A DNA stretch of 33,592 nucleotides from Candidatus Taenaricola geysiri (GTDB lineage Bacteria; Omnitrophota; Gorgyraeia; Taenaricolales; Taenaricolaceae), in contig PFGP01000107.1 in NCBI GenBank assembly GCA_002781985.1, forward strand, positions 20,011 through 53,602, written 5' to 3'. Below the pieces are notes generated by a model. That model ran no database searches. It was not told the origin of the DNA and worked only from the letters and a program-made list of their open reading frames with translations. Below, in pieces: positions 17,842-27,936 of the stretch (positions within the stretch are counted from its first letter, which is position 1; each line of letters begins with the position of its first letter). The translations under genes were made by a program, and so were the position numbers.

Positions 17842-18697
17842 GTTTACAAAGATGTCAGCTGCGGGCAATGACTTTGTTGTTGTAGAGGACAGCGATTTAT
17901 GCGGCCTTGCCGGCAAGATCTGCGACAGAAGATACGGCATTGGCGCAGACGGTATGTTGTTGCTTGAGAAAACCGCCAAGGCTGATATAAGGATGCGCAT
18001 ATTCAATCCCGACGGCAGCGAAGTTGATATGTGCGGTAACGGCGCGCGCTGCGCGGCAGTGTATTATACTTATATGCTATCAGCTATACGCTATCCGCTG
18101 ATCAAAATAGAAACCAAGGCCGGTATTTTAGAAGCAAAGATTGATGGCGACATGGTTAAGCTTAAAATGTCTGATCCGCACAGTATGAAATTGGATATTT
18201 CGCTCGTCATTGCGAGGAACGACGAGCGAAAGCGAGGAGTGACGAAGCAATCTCCTTGCTCAAAATCGGAGATTGCTTTGGGCACTTCGTGCCTTCGCAA
18301 TGACGTAATGGTCGTTAATTTTATTAATACAGGCGTGCCGCACGCTGTTATTTTCGTGGATGATCTGGAAAATATAGATGTTGATAAATTGGGCAGGGCA
18401 ATAAGAAACAGCGAGCGTTTTGCGCCAAAAGGCGCAAATGTCGATTTTGTCAAAGTGCTGGGTAAAGATAAAATCGCGGTCAGGACATACGAGCGCGGGG
18501 TTGAGGCAGAGACCTTGGCCTGCGGAACCGGATGCGTTGCAGCCGCGATACTCTCAGGCGCAGGCCGCAGTGTTGATGTAGTTACGCATGGAGGCGAAAT
18601 TTTAAAGGTGTGTTTCGAAAAAAAAGGCGCTAAGGTCAGTAATGTATGGCTTGAGGGAAGCGCGAAGATAGTATATAAAGGAAGGATGGAATTATGA
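17828..18697 (+). CDS. dapF: Diaminopimelate epimerase carrying repeat-derived in-frame segments
   Basis: GNDF, GIGADG, MCGNGARC, TGVPH, RTYERGVEAETLACGTG; both catalytic Cys residues are present. Confidence 0.97.
   Translation: MKNIKFTKMSAAGNDFVVVEDSDLCGLAGKICDRRYGIGADGMLLLEKTAKADIRMRIFNPDGSEVDMCGNGARCAAVYYTYMLSAIRYPLIKIETKAGILEAKIDGDMVKLKMSDPHSMKLDISLVIARNDERKRGVTKQSPCSKSEIALGTSCLRNDVMVVNFINTGVPHAVIFVDDLENIDVDKLGRAIRNSERFAPKGANVDFVKVLGKDKIAVRTYERGVEAETLACGTGCVAAAILSGAGRSVDVVTHGGEILKVCFEKKGAKVSNVWLEGSAKIVYKGRMEL
18076..18099 (-). repeat. Short heptamer array inside dapF
   Basis: GCTATCA GCTATAC GCTATCC GCT on the + strand; the reverse complement matches the heptamer family at 9691 and 33247. 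Confidence 0.6.
18205..18305. mobile_element. ~101-bp palindromic REP/RPE-like element lying in-frame inside dapF
   Basis: Terminal IR CGTCATTGCGA/TCGCAATGACG; inner stem AAGCAATCTCC (18245-18255)/GGAGATTGCTT (18268-18278); small hairpin GGCAC-TTC-GTGCC. Translates as VIARNDERKRGVTKQSPCSKSEIALGTSCLRND. Confidence 0.8.
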
Positions 18698-19578
18698 GTT
18701 TAAATCTAAAGGGTTCAATGGTAGCTTTGGTTACGCCTTTTAAGAATGATAAGGTTGATGAAGGAAAACTCAAGGAACTCGTAGAGTTTCATATAGAAAA
18801 TGGCACAAAAGCAGTGATTCCTTGCGGCACAACAGGCGAATCAGCGACTCTGTCGCTTGCAGAACACGACAGGGTTGTTGAAGTTGTTACCAAGATAGCC
18901 AAGAAGCGTATAACAGTCATCGCAGGCAGCGGTTCAAATAATACCAAAGAGGCGATACGGCTTACAAGGCACGCAAAGGATGTTGGAGCAGACGCAGCGC
19001 TTTTGATATCGCCTTATTACAACAGGCCCACGCAGCAAGGGCTGTATCTGCATTTTAAGGCAGTAGCAGATGCTGTTGATATACCTATTGTATTGTATAA
19101 TATTGCTTCGCGCACAGGCGTAAATATAGAGCCTGAGACCATAGCAGAACTGGCCAAGATAAAGAATATCGTTGGCGTAAAAGAGGCAAGCGGTAATCTG
19201 GATCAGATGTCGCGCATAGCGCAGCTGTGCGGTGATGAGTTTGCGCTTATTTCAGGCGATGACAGCCTGACCTTGCCTCTTATGGCAATAGGAGGCACAG
19301 GCGTAATATCTGTGGTTGCCAATATCGCGCCTAAGGATGTTGCAGACCTTGTTGATTCATTTTTAAAGGGCGACCTGCGCCATGCAAAGAAGATGCACTA
19401 TAAATTATTACCGTTGATTAAGGCGATGTTTATTGAAACAAATCCTATTCCGGTTAAAACCGCAATGGGTTTAATGGGAATGATAGAGCCAGGCCTTCGC
19501 CTTCCGATGTGCGATATGAAGCCGGAAAATCTGGCTAAGTTAAGAAAGGCGTTGAAAGACTACGGGTTATTGAAATGA
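18694..19578 (+). CDS. dapA: 4-hydroxy-tetrahydrodipicolinate synthase
   Basis: ALVTPF, CGTTGES, PYYNRP, LYNIASRTG, GVKEASG, SGDD, ETNPIPVK. Confidence 0.98.
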   Translation: MSLNLKGSMVALVTPFKNDKVDEGKLKELVEFHIENGTKAVIPCGTTGESATLSLAEHDRVVEVVTKIAKKRITVIAGSGSNNTKEAIRLTRHAKDVGADAALLISPYYNRPTQQGLYLHFKAVADAVDIPIVLYNIASRTGVNIEPETIAELAKIKNIVGVKEASGNLDQMSRIAQLCGDEFALISGDDSLTLPLMAIGGTGVISVVANIAPKDVADLVDSFLKGDLRHAKKMHYKLLPLIKAMFIETNPIPVKTAMGLMGMIEPGLRLPMCDMKPENLAKLRKALKDYGLLK

Positions 19579-20249
19579 TTAAATTAGCTATAAGCGGTTA
19601 CCAGGGTAAGATGGGCCAAAGAATAACAGCCCTTGCCGCAGAGGATAAGGAATTTAATATCACGGCTAAGATAGAGATGAATGATTCTATTGAGGCTGTA
19701 AAGGCAGCTGACGTATTGATAGAATTTACCTCGCCTGAGGCAACCATAGAGCATCTTAGGGCGTGCGCGAAACTTTCTAAGTCAATAGTTATCGGCACAA
19801 CCGGTTTGTCTGAAGCCCAGTTATCAGAGATTAAGCTGACTGCAAAGGCGGTACCTGTTGTTTATTCGCCTAATATGTCAGTAGGCGTTAATTGTCTTTT
19901 TGGCCTGGTGCGTTCAGCTGCGAAGAAGCTCGGGCTTGATTACGAGGTAAATATCGTCGAGGCCCATCATGCGCACAAGAAGGACTCGCCAAGCGGTACA
20001 GCAAAAAGATTAGCGCAGATCATAAAGGAATCAAGCGGCCGCGAGGTAAAGAATATAAACGCGATACGCGAGGGCGAGATAATCGGAGACCACAGGGTTA
20101 TTTTTGAAAGCAGTGTTGATAAAATAGAATTATTTCATACAGCAAAGACGCGCGATATATTTGTATTAGGAGCTTTAAGGGCAGCGAAATTTATCGTTGG
20201 TAAAAAACCCGGGTTATATTCAATGGAGGATGTTTTAGGTATAAAATGA
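19575..20249 (+). CDS. dapB: 4-hydroxy-tetrahydrodipicolinate reductase
   Basis: G..GKMG, VIGTTG, SPNMSVG, EAHHAHKKDSPSGTA, GLYSMEDVL. Confidence 0.97.
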   Translation: MIKLAISGYQGKMGQRITALAAEDKEFNITAKIEMNDSIEAVKAADVLIEFTSPEATIEHLRACAKLSKSIVIGTTGLSEAQLSEIKLTAKAVPVVYSPNMSVGVNCLFGLVRSAAKKLGLDYEVNIVEAHHAHKKDSPSGTAKRLAQIIKESSGREVKNINAIREGEIIGDHRVIFESSVDKIELFHTAKTRDIFVLGALRAAKFIVGKKPGLYSMEDVLGIK

Positions 20250-21412
20250 AGATAGATATTTCTAAGCGATTAAAGGATCTGCCGCCGTATTTATTTGCCG
20301 AGATTGACAAGGCAAAGAAAGACGCGATTGCACAGGGCAGGGATATTATCAATTTAGGCATAGGAGATCCTGATACGCCTACGCCGCAGCATATAGTGGA
20401 ATCTTTGTGTCAGGCTGCAAAGGATTCGAAGAATCATCACTATGCTTTAGATCAGGGGCTTGATTCTTTAAGGATAGCCATTTCAAAGTGGTGCGCCAGA
20501 AGGTTTGATATTGACTTAAACCCTGATACGCAGGTTTTGCCGCTTATAGGTTCCAAGGAGGGCATTGCGCATATTCCGATAGCCTTTTTGAACCCGGGCG
20601 ATGTGGTTTTGTATACAGAGCCGAATTATCCGCCTTATAAGACAGCGTCAATACTTAGTCTTGGCAAGCCTTACGCCTTGCCGCTTAAGGAGGAAAATGA
20701 TTTTTTTCCGCGTTTTGATAATATTCCCAGGGCTGTTTTAAAAAAGGCAAAGCTGCTTTTTATGAATTATCCGAATAATCCTACTGCGGCTATTGCAACC
20801 AAGAGTTTTTTAAGAAAGGTTGTTGATTTTGCCAGAAAGAACAATATAATCATTTGTGCTGATGCCGCGTATTCCGAGATAGCGTTTGATGATCATAAGC
20901 CGTTGAGCATATTTGAGATTCCCGGCGCTATGGATGTGGCTGTTGAGTTTCATTCCCTTTCAAAGACATATAATATGGCCGGTTGGCGCATTGGTTGGGC
21001 ATGCGGTAATGCGCAGATAGTGGCTGCGCTAGGCAAGGTAAAGACAAATATTGATTCAGGCATATTTAACGCCATACAATTAGCAGGCGTTACAGCATTA
21101 ACAGGGCCGCAGTATTGCATAAAAGAGGCAAATGAGGTCTACAGGCAGCGCCGCGATGCTTTAGTTGGCGGGCTTAATAAATTAGGATGGAAGGTTCCAA
21201 GTCCAAGGGCTACATTTTACGTGTGGACAAAGTTGCCTGCGGGCCATAAGGATTCAAGGGCATTTGCAAAGCTTTTGCTTGATAAGGCGGATATTGTGGT
21301 TACGCCAGGCGTGGGTTTTGGCGCAAGCGGCGAAGGCTACATCCGCATGGCGCTCACTGTCTCCAAGGAGCGCATTAAGGAAGCTGTTGACAGAATTAAA
21401 AAGGTTTTGTAG
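20246..21412 (+). CDS. dapL: LL-diaminopimelate aminotransferase (class I/II PLP enzyme)
   Basis: LPPYLFAEID, LGIGDPD, GSKEGIAH, NYPNNPT, EFHSLSKTYNMAGWRIG; located within the dap cluster. Confidence 0.85.
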   Translation: MKIDISKRLKDLPPYLFAEIDKAKKDAIAQGRDIINLGIGDPDTPTPQHIVESLCQAAKDSKNHHYALDQGLDSLRIAISKWCARRFDIDLNPDTQVLPLIGSKEGIAHIPIAFLNPGDVVLYTEPNYPPYKTASILSLGKPYALPLKEENDFFPRFDNIPRAVLKKAKLLFMNYPNNPTAAIATKSFLRKVVDFARKNNIIICADAAYSEIAFDDHKPLSIFEIPGAMDVAVEFHSLSKTYNMAGWRIGWACGNAQIVAALGKVKTNIDSGIFNAIQLAGVTALTGPQYCIKEANEVYRQRRDALVGGLNKLGWKVPSPRATFYVWTKLPAGHKDSRAFAKLLLDKADIVVTPGVGFGASGEGYIRMALTVSKERIKEAVDRIKKVL

Positions 21413-21813
21413 TGGTAACCGCATATATTGCATTCGGGTCTAATCTCAGCGACAGAAATAAAAACATACAAGATGCAATTTTGCTTTTAAAAACGCATCC
21501 GAAGATAAAAGTAATAAAAACTTCCTCTATAATAGAAACGGAGCCTGAGGGGGGCCTGAAGCAGGGCAAGTTTTTAAACGGCGCTGTGAAGATAGAAACA
21601 GATTTATCTGCCAGGCAACTTTTACAAGCCCTTCAAGATGTAGAAAATAAATTAGGCAGAGAGCGCGCTGTAAAAAACGGCCCGCGTACAATCGATCTTG
21701 ATATAATTTTTTACAACGATCAGACCATAAATGAACCTGATTTGATAATACCCCATCCAAGGTGGAGCCAGAGAAGTTTCGTTAAAGATCCAATTCAAGA
21801 AATATGCGAATAA
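21412..21813 (+). CDS. folK: 2-amino-4-hydroxy-6-hydroxymethyldihydropteridine diphosphokinase
   Basis: AYIAFGSNL, FLNGAV, GPRTIDLDI, LIIPHPR; GTG start overlapping the dapL stop. Confidence 0.95.
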   Translation: MVTAYIAFGSNLSDRNKNIQDAILLLKTHPKIKVIKTSSIIETEPEGGLKQGKFLNGAVKIETDLSARQLLQALQDVENKLGRERAVKNGPRTIDLDIIFYNDQTINEPDLIIPHPRWSQRSFVKDPIQEICE

Positions 21814-22649
21814 TCCGTTCAATTAAACAAATGCAGAAATTCGCCGCGCAAACTAAAAAATGCGGCAAGATAATCGGTTTTGTCCCGACCATGGGTTATC
21901 TGCACCAGGGGCATCTGTCGCTTGCGCGCCAGGCGAAAAAAGATGCAGATATTGTTATAATGAGTATCTTCGTAAATCCTGCCCAATTCGGGCCGAAGGA
22001 TGATTTTAAGAAATATCCTAGAAATCTAAAACAGGATTGCCGGCTCGCTAAGAAAGCAGGCGTTGATATCATATTTTATCCGGCCGCGAATGAAATGTAT
22101 CCTGAAAATTATCAAACTTGCGTCGAGGTTGTGGAATTATCAAAACCTCTTTGCGGCAGATCCAGGCCCGGGCATTTTAAGGGCGTGACAACGGTTGTTG
22201 TGAAATTATTCAATATCGTAAAGCCGGATATCGCTTATTTCGGGCAAAAGGATGCCCAACAGGCGGTAATAATAAAGCAGATGGTAAGCGACCTTAATAT
22301 GGATTTAAAAATAAAAGTGATGCCCATAATAAGGGAGCCGGGAGGCCTTGCAGCCAGTTCAAGAAACGCCTATTTCAGCTCGTCGCAGCGCAAAGATGCC
22401 CTCGTCTTAAAAAAAGCTTTACAAGAGGCGGTTCTTATGATAAAATCTGACGAGAAGTATGAGAAAAATATAATCAAAGCAATGAAGAATATTATTAACA
22501 GCGTTTCTTCCTCCATGATAGATTATATAGCGATAGCAGATGCCAAAACCCTAAAACCCGCAAAACATTTAAAAGGCGATATACTTATTGCCCTGGCTGT
22601 AAAAATAGGAAAAACAAGGTTAATAGACAATGTTCAGGTTCATATATAA
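21804..22649 (+). CDS. panC: Pantoate--beta-alanine ligase
   Basis: [47 protein letters not shown]. Confidence 0.98.
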   Translation: MRIIRSIKQMQKFAAQTKKCGKIIGFVPTMGYLHQGHLSLARQAKKDADIVIMSIFVNPAQFGPKDDFKKYPRNLKQDCRLAKKAGVDIIFYPAANEMYPENYQTCVEVVELSKPLCGRSRPGHFKGVTTVVVKLFNIVKPDIAYFGQKDAQQAVIIKQMVSDLNMDLKIKVMPIIREPGGLAASSRNAYFSSSQRKDALVLKKALQEAVLMIKSDEKYEKNIIKAMKNIINSVSSSMIDYIAIADAKTLKPAKHLKGDILIALAVKIGKTRLIDNVQVHI

Positions 22650-22986
22650 ATCAAAAATACACAGGGCCACTGTAACAGAGGCCAATCTTGATTACGCCGG
22701 CAGCATTACAATAGATCAACGCCTGCTTAAGGCAGCTGATATATTTTCCAACGAAAGGGTGCAGGTAGTAAACGTTAATAACGGCACAAGGGTTGAGACC
22801 TATGCAATACCGGGTAAATCAGGCAGCGGTATTATTTGCATGAACGGAGCTGCGGCAAGATGGGCCCATAGGGGCGACAAGGTCATTATTATTTCTTATT
22901 GCCTGCTCGATACAAAAAATGCCAAGGAATATAAGCCAAAGGTTGTACACGTAGACGATAAAAACCGGATCAGCAAAAAGCTATGA
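22630..22986 (+). CDS. panD: Aspartate 1-decarboxylase (pyruvoyl-dependent)
   Basis: [13 protein letters not shown]|SITID self-cleavage site, ETYAI, NGAAAR. Confidence 0.98.
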   Translation: MFRFIYKSKIHRATVTEANLDYAGSITIDQRLLKAADIFSNERVQVVNVNNGTRVETYAIPGKSGSGIICMNGAAARWAHRGDKVIIISYCLLDTKNAKEYKPKVVHVDDKNRISKKL

Positions 22987-23951
22987 ATATACACGATAAA
23001 GAAAAGAAATATATCGAGACCTTAAACAAAAAGATAGCAAAACTTAAAAAAGAGCGCAATGCCGTTATCATCGTGCATAATTATCAGCGTGACGAGATAC
23101 AGGACATAGCTGATATAAGCGGAGATTCGCTTGCGCTTTCAAAGGCCGCTGTACGCACAGACGCGGATGTGATTGTTTTCTGCGGTGTTTATTTTATGGC
23201 AGAGACAGCAGCGATTTTAAATCCCAATAAGACAGTGCTTTTACCTGTTTTTGAGGCAGGCTGCCCTTTGGCTGATATGGTAAATACCGAAAAACTCCTC
23301 GAAAAGCGTAAAGAATATCCTGACGTGGCTGTTGTATGTTATGTGAATTCATCGGCAACAGTAAAGGCGCAAAGCGACATATGCTGCACTTCAAGCAACG
23401 CCGTCAAGGTTGTAAAAGCGCTGTCAAATAAGCGCGTTATATTTATCCCTGATAAGAACCTGGGCAGGTATGTCCAGTCGCAGGTGCCTGATAAAGAAAT
23501 AATATTATGGGAAGGATTTTGTCCTACTCATATACGGCTGCAGGAGCAGGATGTTTTAAAAACAAAACAAGATCATCCAGAAGCCGAGTTTATAGCGCAT
23601 CCTGAGTGCCAGCCGCAGGTGCTAAATCTAGCCGACCATATTTGTTCAACAGGTGGGATGTTTACTTATGTTAAAAATTCTTCTGCCAATGAATTTATTA
23701 TAGGCACGGAAAACGGCATGCTTTATAAGTTAAGAAAAGAAAATCCGGATAAAAAGTTTTATTTGCCGACACAGCATCTGGTTTGCCCTTCCATGAAATT
23801 GACTACTTTGGGTTGGGTGGCCCATGCCTTGGAGGCAAACGAACATATAATTTCTGTACAGCCTGAAATCGCCCAAAAAGCGCTTAAATCTATTAAGAGG
23901 ATGCTTGAGGTTTCAGAAGAAAATCCTGTTGCGGCAATAGCAGGTTATTAA
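22983..23951 (+). CDS. nadA: Quinolinate synthase
   Basis: [54 protein letters not shown]. Confidence 0.98.
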   Translation: MNIHDKEKKYIETLNKKIAKLKKERNAVIIVHNYQRDEIQDIADISGDSLALSKAAVRTDADVIVFCGVYFMAETAAILNPNKTVLLPVFEAGCPLADMVNTEKLLEKRKEYPDVAVVCYVNSSATVKAQSDICCTSSNAVKVVKALSNKRVIFIPDKNLGRYVQSQVPDKEIILWEGFCPTHIRLQEQDVLKTKQDHPEAEFIAHPECQPQVLNLADHICSTGGMFTYVKNSSANEFIIGTENGMLYKLRKENPDKKFYLPTQHLVCPSMKLTTLGWVAHALEANEHIISVQPEIAQKALKSIKRMLEVSEENPVAAIAGY

Positions 23952-24754
23952 TGAAAAAAACGAAGATTGGTATAGTTGGTTGCGGTACGATCGGGCTTGA
24001 GGTAGCAAAGGCAATAGAAACAAGGCTTAAGAATAAAGCTGTACTTGTTGCCATATCGGATATCGATGAAATAAAGATAGACAATCTTTTAAGTAAAATA
24101 AAGGCAAGGCCTGATGTTTGTTCATTGAAAGAGTTAATTAAAAAAAGCGATTTTGTGGTTGAAGCGGCATCTGCAGTTGTCTCAGCCGGTATCGCAAAAA
24201 AGGCGTTAGCAGCCAATAAAGACGTTTTAATAATGAGTGTCGGCGGGCTGCTAAATGTTTCAGATATATTTAATGCAGCGCAGAAAACCAAAGCCAGGTT
24301 GTATATACCCAGCGGCGCTTTGGCAGGATTGGATGCTTTAAAGAGCGCTGTAGCTTCGGGATTGCGAAAATTAACACTGACTACAAGAAAATCTCCAAGG
24401 TCCTTGGAAGGCGCGCCGTATCTCAAAGAAAATAATATAGATTTGTCGTCGACAAAACAAGAAAAAGTGATTTTTGAAGGGACAGCTGCGCAGGCAATAA
24501 AGGGTTTTCCTAAAAATGTAAACGTAGCAGTGGCGCTTAGCCTGATTTATCCATCGCTTAATGTAAAGATAATTGTTGTGCCGCAGCTTAAATCAAATAT
24601 TCATGAGATAGAGGCCGAAGGCGGATTCGGAAAAATGTTTACAAGGACCGAAAATATGCCAAGCCCCAATAATCCAAAAACAAGTTACCTGGCGGCATTA
24701 TCAGCGATAGCAACGTTGGAAGGCGCGCTTAGCAATGTTAAAATCGGAACGTAA
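23951..24754 (+). CDS. nadX: L-aspartate dehydrogenase
   Basis: GCGTIG, VEAAS, MSVGGL, PSGALAGLD, FPKNVNVA, NIHEI, NPKTSYLAALS. Confidence 0.95.
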   Translation: MKKTKIGIVGCGTIGLEVAKAIETRLKNKAVLVAISDIDEIKIDNLLSKIKARPDVCSLKELIKKSDFVVEAASAVVSAGIAKKALAANKDVLIMSVGGLLNVSDIFNAAQKTKARLYIPSGALAGLDALKSAVASGLRKLTLTTRKSPRSLEGAPYLKENNIDLSSTKQEKVIFEGTAAQAIKGFPKNVNVAVALSLIYPSLNVKIIVVPQLKSNIHEIEAEGGFGKMFTRTENMPSPNNPKTSYLAALSAIATLEGALSNVKIGT

Positions 24755-24795
24755 TAAATTTTCAAATATGAAAATTTAAAGGAGGTGATTTGAGG

Positions 24796-25041
24796 ATGGC
24801 ACAGAAAGTTGCAAAGGTAGGCGTTAAAAGGCAGAAGGGATTTCTGTATTTTATCGACAAGAAAGGCGATGTTTCCTGCGCAAAGATGTCCAGAGGTGCA
24901 AAAAAAGGCGGTAGCCCTAAAAAGGTGGCAAAGGTTGGCGTTGAGAAAAAGTCAGGATATCTTTATTTCGTTGATAAGCAGGGTGATGTTTCCTGCGCAA
25001 AGATGGTCCGTGGCGGAAAGAAAAAGAAAAAAAGAAAATAA
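24796..25041 (+). CDS. Small, highly basic protein with two 39-aa repeats (function unknown)
   Basis: Strong SD AAGGAGGTGA (24779-24788) 7 nt before ATG 24796; two copies of KVAKVGV...G(F/Y)LYF(I/V)DK.GDVSCAKM.RG; poly-Lys tail. Confidence 0.85.
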   Translation: MAQKVAKVGVKRQKGFLYFIDKKGDVSCAKMSRGAKKGGSPKKVAKVGVEKKSGYLYFVDKQGDVSCAKMVRGGKKKKKRK

Positions 25042-25055
25042 ATTTAAAATAAAAA

Positions 25056-25088
25056 GGGGACAGGCTTAAGATATTAAGGCCTGTCCCC
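25056..25088. terminator. GC-rich hairpin between the small basic gene and uvrA
   Basis: GGGGACAGGC (25056-25065) pairs with GCCTGTCCCC (25079-25088); an A-run lies upstream and the + strand T-tail is weak. Confidence 0.6.
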
Positions 25089-25098
25089 GTATTTACAT

Positions 25099-27876
25099 AT
25101 GAGCGATTATATTACAATAAAAGGCGCGAAAGAACACAATTTAAAGAATCTGAATTTACAGATTCCGCGCAATAAGCTTGTTGTTATTACCGGATTAAGC
25201 GGTTCAGGTAAATCTTCCCTTGCCTTTGATACCATATATGCTGAAGGCCAGCGCAGATATGTCGAGAGCCTGTCCGCGTACGCGAGGCAATTTTTAGAAC
25301 AACTGCAAAAACCGGATGTAGAGCACATAGAAGGTATCTCACCGGCGGTTTCCATTGAGCAGCGCGCAGCAGGCTCAAACCCCCGTTCAACGGTAGCCAC
25401 TCAAACAGAGATATATGACTATCTTAGATTGTTATTTGCGCGCATAGGCATCCCGCATTGTCCGAGGTGCGGCAGAAAAATTCAGGGCCAGTCATCTGAG
25501 CAGATAGTCAGGCAAGTCCTGACGTTTCCGCAAGGAAAAGAAATCATAACATTAGCGCCTTTAGTCAGGGGAAGAAAAGGCGAGCACGTGCAATTACTGC
25601 AAGATGTAAAAAAACAGGGTTTTGTGCGTGTGCGCGTCGACGGTAAAATGATAGACCTTTCCGGCAAGATTATACTCGATAAAAAGATAAAACATGACAT
25701 AGAGATTGTTATAGACAGGCTGGTAATCAAACCCGGCATAAAAAAGCGCCTTACTGAATCCGTTGAAACAGCGCTTAAGGTAGGATCCGGCCTTGTGATG
25801 ATAAATGACAGAAATATCTTATTCAGTCAGCAGCATGCTTGCCCCGAATGCGGCATAAGCCTTGAAGAGATAGAGCCGCGCGTATTTTCATTTAACAGCC
25901 CTTATGGCGCATGTCCTAAATGTAGCGGCCTTGGCACCAGGGTTGAAATGGATCCTGATCTTGTTGTGCCGGATAGGGATAAATCTTTAAGGCAAGGCGC
26001 CATAGCGCCATGGCATAAGACAGGCAAAAACATATTTTTATATTACCGCGGCATGTTAAATGAATTGGCCAACAGGCGTAATATAAATATGGATACGCCT
26101 TTTAAAAAATTAGAGCAGCGCGTAAGGGATTTGATACTTTATGGTTCTGATGACGAGATCTGGGGTAAGAAATATGAAGGCGTTATACCGAATTTAGAGC
26201 GCAGGTTTGTCCAGACAGACAGTGATTACATGCGTAATGAAATAAATAAGTATATGTCAACCTCGCCATGCGTTTCCTGCCGCGGGGCGCGGTTAAAGCC
26301 TGAGTCGCTTGCAGTAAAGATAGCCGATAAAAATATCCATGAACTAACGCAATTTTCAATAACTAAGGTAAAAGAGTTTTTTGCGGGCCTTAAATTAACA
26401 GAGACAGAAAAAACAATAAGCCGCCATATATTAAAAGAGATAAATGCGCGGCTTACATTCATGAATGATGTTGGCCTTGGTTATCTTACGCTTGATCGCA
26501 TAAGTTCAACGCTTTCAGGCGGCGAGGCGCAAAGGATACGCCTGGCAACCCAGATAGGCGCGGCTTTAGTGGGAGTTTTATATATTTTAGATGAACCTTC
26601 AATAGGCCTACACCAGAAAGATAATACAAAACTTTTGGATACATTAAAGGCCTTAAGGGATTTGGGCAATACCTTAATTGTCGTCGAGCATGACGAAGCT
26701 ACAATCCGCTCGGCAGACTATATTATAGACTTAGGCCCTGGCGCAGGCAAACATGGCGGCCACGTTGTCGCGCAGGGCAGTTTAAAAAATATTTTAAAAT
26801 CAAAAAGATCTCTTACAGCCAGATATTTAAATGGAAAGCTGCAGATACCTGTGCCAAAGAAAAGAAGAGAGCTCATAAAAGATAAATCCCTGATTATAAA
26901 AGGCGCGGCAGAACATAACTTAAAAAACATTGATGTAAAAATACCTCTCGGGCTTTTTGTTTGCGTAACAGGCGTTTCAGGCTCAGGAAAATCTACGTTA
27001 GTTGATGAAATTTTATACAGGGCGCTTGCAAAAAAATTATACAAGTCAAAGATAAAACCCGGAAAACATAAAGAGATCCAGGGCATTGAGAATATAGACA
27101 AGGTTATAGTGATAGATCAGTCGCCTATAGGCCGCACCCCGCGCTCAAACCCGGCGACATACACAGGCGCCTATTCGCAGATACGCGATTTATTCGCGAA
27201 GCTGCCTGAATCCCGGATACGCGGTTTTAAGCCGGGCAGGTTCAGTTTTAATGTTAAGGGCGGCCGTTGCGAGGCATGCCAGGGCGACGGAGTGAAAAGA
27301 ATAGAGATGCATTTTTTGCCGGATGTGTATGTTACCTGCGAGGTTTGCGCGGGTAAACGTTTCAGCGGCCAGACGCTGGAGGTAAAATACAAAGGCAAGT
27401 CGATTTCAGACGTTTTGGGTATGACCGTCGAGGAAGCGCTGAATTTATTTGAAAATATACCGCAGATAAAAGAGAAGTTTAAAACTCTGAATGATGTTGG
27501 CCTTGGGTATATTCAGCTCGGCCAATCAGCAACGACTTTATCAGGCGGCGAGGCGCAGCGCATAAAGCTGTCAACGGAACTGTCAAAACGCCAGACAGGA
27601 AAGACGTTTTACATTTTAGATGAACCGACAACAGGCCTGCATTTTGCGGATATCGACAGGCTGCTTTCTGTCCTGCACCGCTTAGTTGACGCAGGCAATA
27701 CGGTTTTAGTTATAGAGCACAATTTAGATGTAATTAAAACAGCAGACTATATTATTGACCTTGGCCCAGAGGGCGGGGACAAGGGCGGCCATATTATTGC
27801 TGAAGGAACGCCTGAGGACATAATCAAATCAAAATTTTCCTACACCGGCCAGTATCTTTTCAGGCATATTTCATAG
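25099..27876 (+). CDS. uvrA: Excinuclease ABC subunit A
   Basis: [23 protein letters not shown], two LSGGEAQRI signatures, GVSGSGKST and zinc-binding CxxC pairs. Confidence 0.99.
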   Translation: MSDYITIKGAKEHNLKNLNLQIPRNKLVVITGLSGSGKSSLAFDTIYAEGQRRYVESLSAYARQFLEQLQKPDVEHIEGISPAVSIEQRAAGSNPRSTVATQTEIYDYLRLLFARIGIPHCPRCGRKIQGQSSEQIVRQVLTFPQGKEIITLAPLVRGRKGEHVQLLQDVKKQGFVRVRVDGKMIDLSGKIILDKKIKHDIEIVIDRLVIKPGIKKRLTESVETALKVGSGLVMINDRNILFSQQHACPECGISLEEIEPRVFSFNSPYGACPKCSGLGTRVEMDPDLVVPDRDKSLRQGAIAPWHKTGKNIFLYYRGMLNELANRRNINMDTPFKKLEQRVRDLILYGSDDEIWGKKYEGVIPNLERRFVQTDSDYMRNEINKYMSTSPCVSCRGARLKPESLAVKIADKNIHELTQFSITKVKEFFAGLKLTETEKTISRHILKEINARLTFMNDVGLGYLTLDRISSTLSGGEAQRIRLATQIGAALVGVLYILDEPSIGLHQKDNTKLLDTLKALRDLGNTLIVVEHDEATIRSADYIIDLGPGAGKHGGHVVAQGSLKNILKSKRSLTARYLNGKLQIPVPKKRRELIKDKSLIIKGAAEHNLKNIDVKIPLGLFVCVTGVSGSGKSTLVDEILYRALAKKLYKSKIKPGKHKEIQGIENIDKVIVIDQSPIGRTPRSNPATYTGAYSQIRDLFAKLPESRIRGFKPGRFSFNVKGGRCEACQGDGVKRIEMHFLPDVYVTCEVCAGKRFSGQTLEVKYKGKSISDVLGMTVEEALNLFENIPQIKEKFKTLNDVGLGYIQLGQSATTLSGGEAQRIKLSTELSKRQTGKTFYILDEPTTGLHFADIDRLLSVLHRLVDAGNTVLVIEHNLDVIKTADYIIDLGPEGGDKGGHIIAEGTPEDIIKSKFSYTGQYLFRHIS

Positions 27877-27883
27877 ATTTTTC

Positions 27884-27912
27884 TTGCAAAAAATTGCCTT
27901 ATTTGGTAATAT
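27884..27912 (+). promoter_or_regulatory. Putative sigma70 promoter for the TPR-ExbBD operon
   Basis: TTGCAA(27884-27889)-17 nt-TAATAT(27907-27912) with an extended -10 TG. Confidence 0.5.
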
Positions 27913-27936
27913 AGCCTATATTAACAGGAATATATA

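Noticed and set aside
18205-18305. Intein or self-splicing intron in dapF
   Set aside because: Far too short, with no intein terminal residues (Cys/Ser...His-Asn) and no group I/II core.
24869-25069. Alternate-frame ORF with a repeated MFPAQR peptide
   Set aside because: It merely reflects the DNA repeat of the small basic protein and has no SD.
26461-27570. Repeated DNA in uvrA (TGAATGATGTTGGCCTTGG; TCAGGCGGCGAGGCGCA)
   Set aside because: Explained by the two homologous ABC ATPase domains of UvrA.
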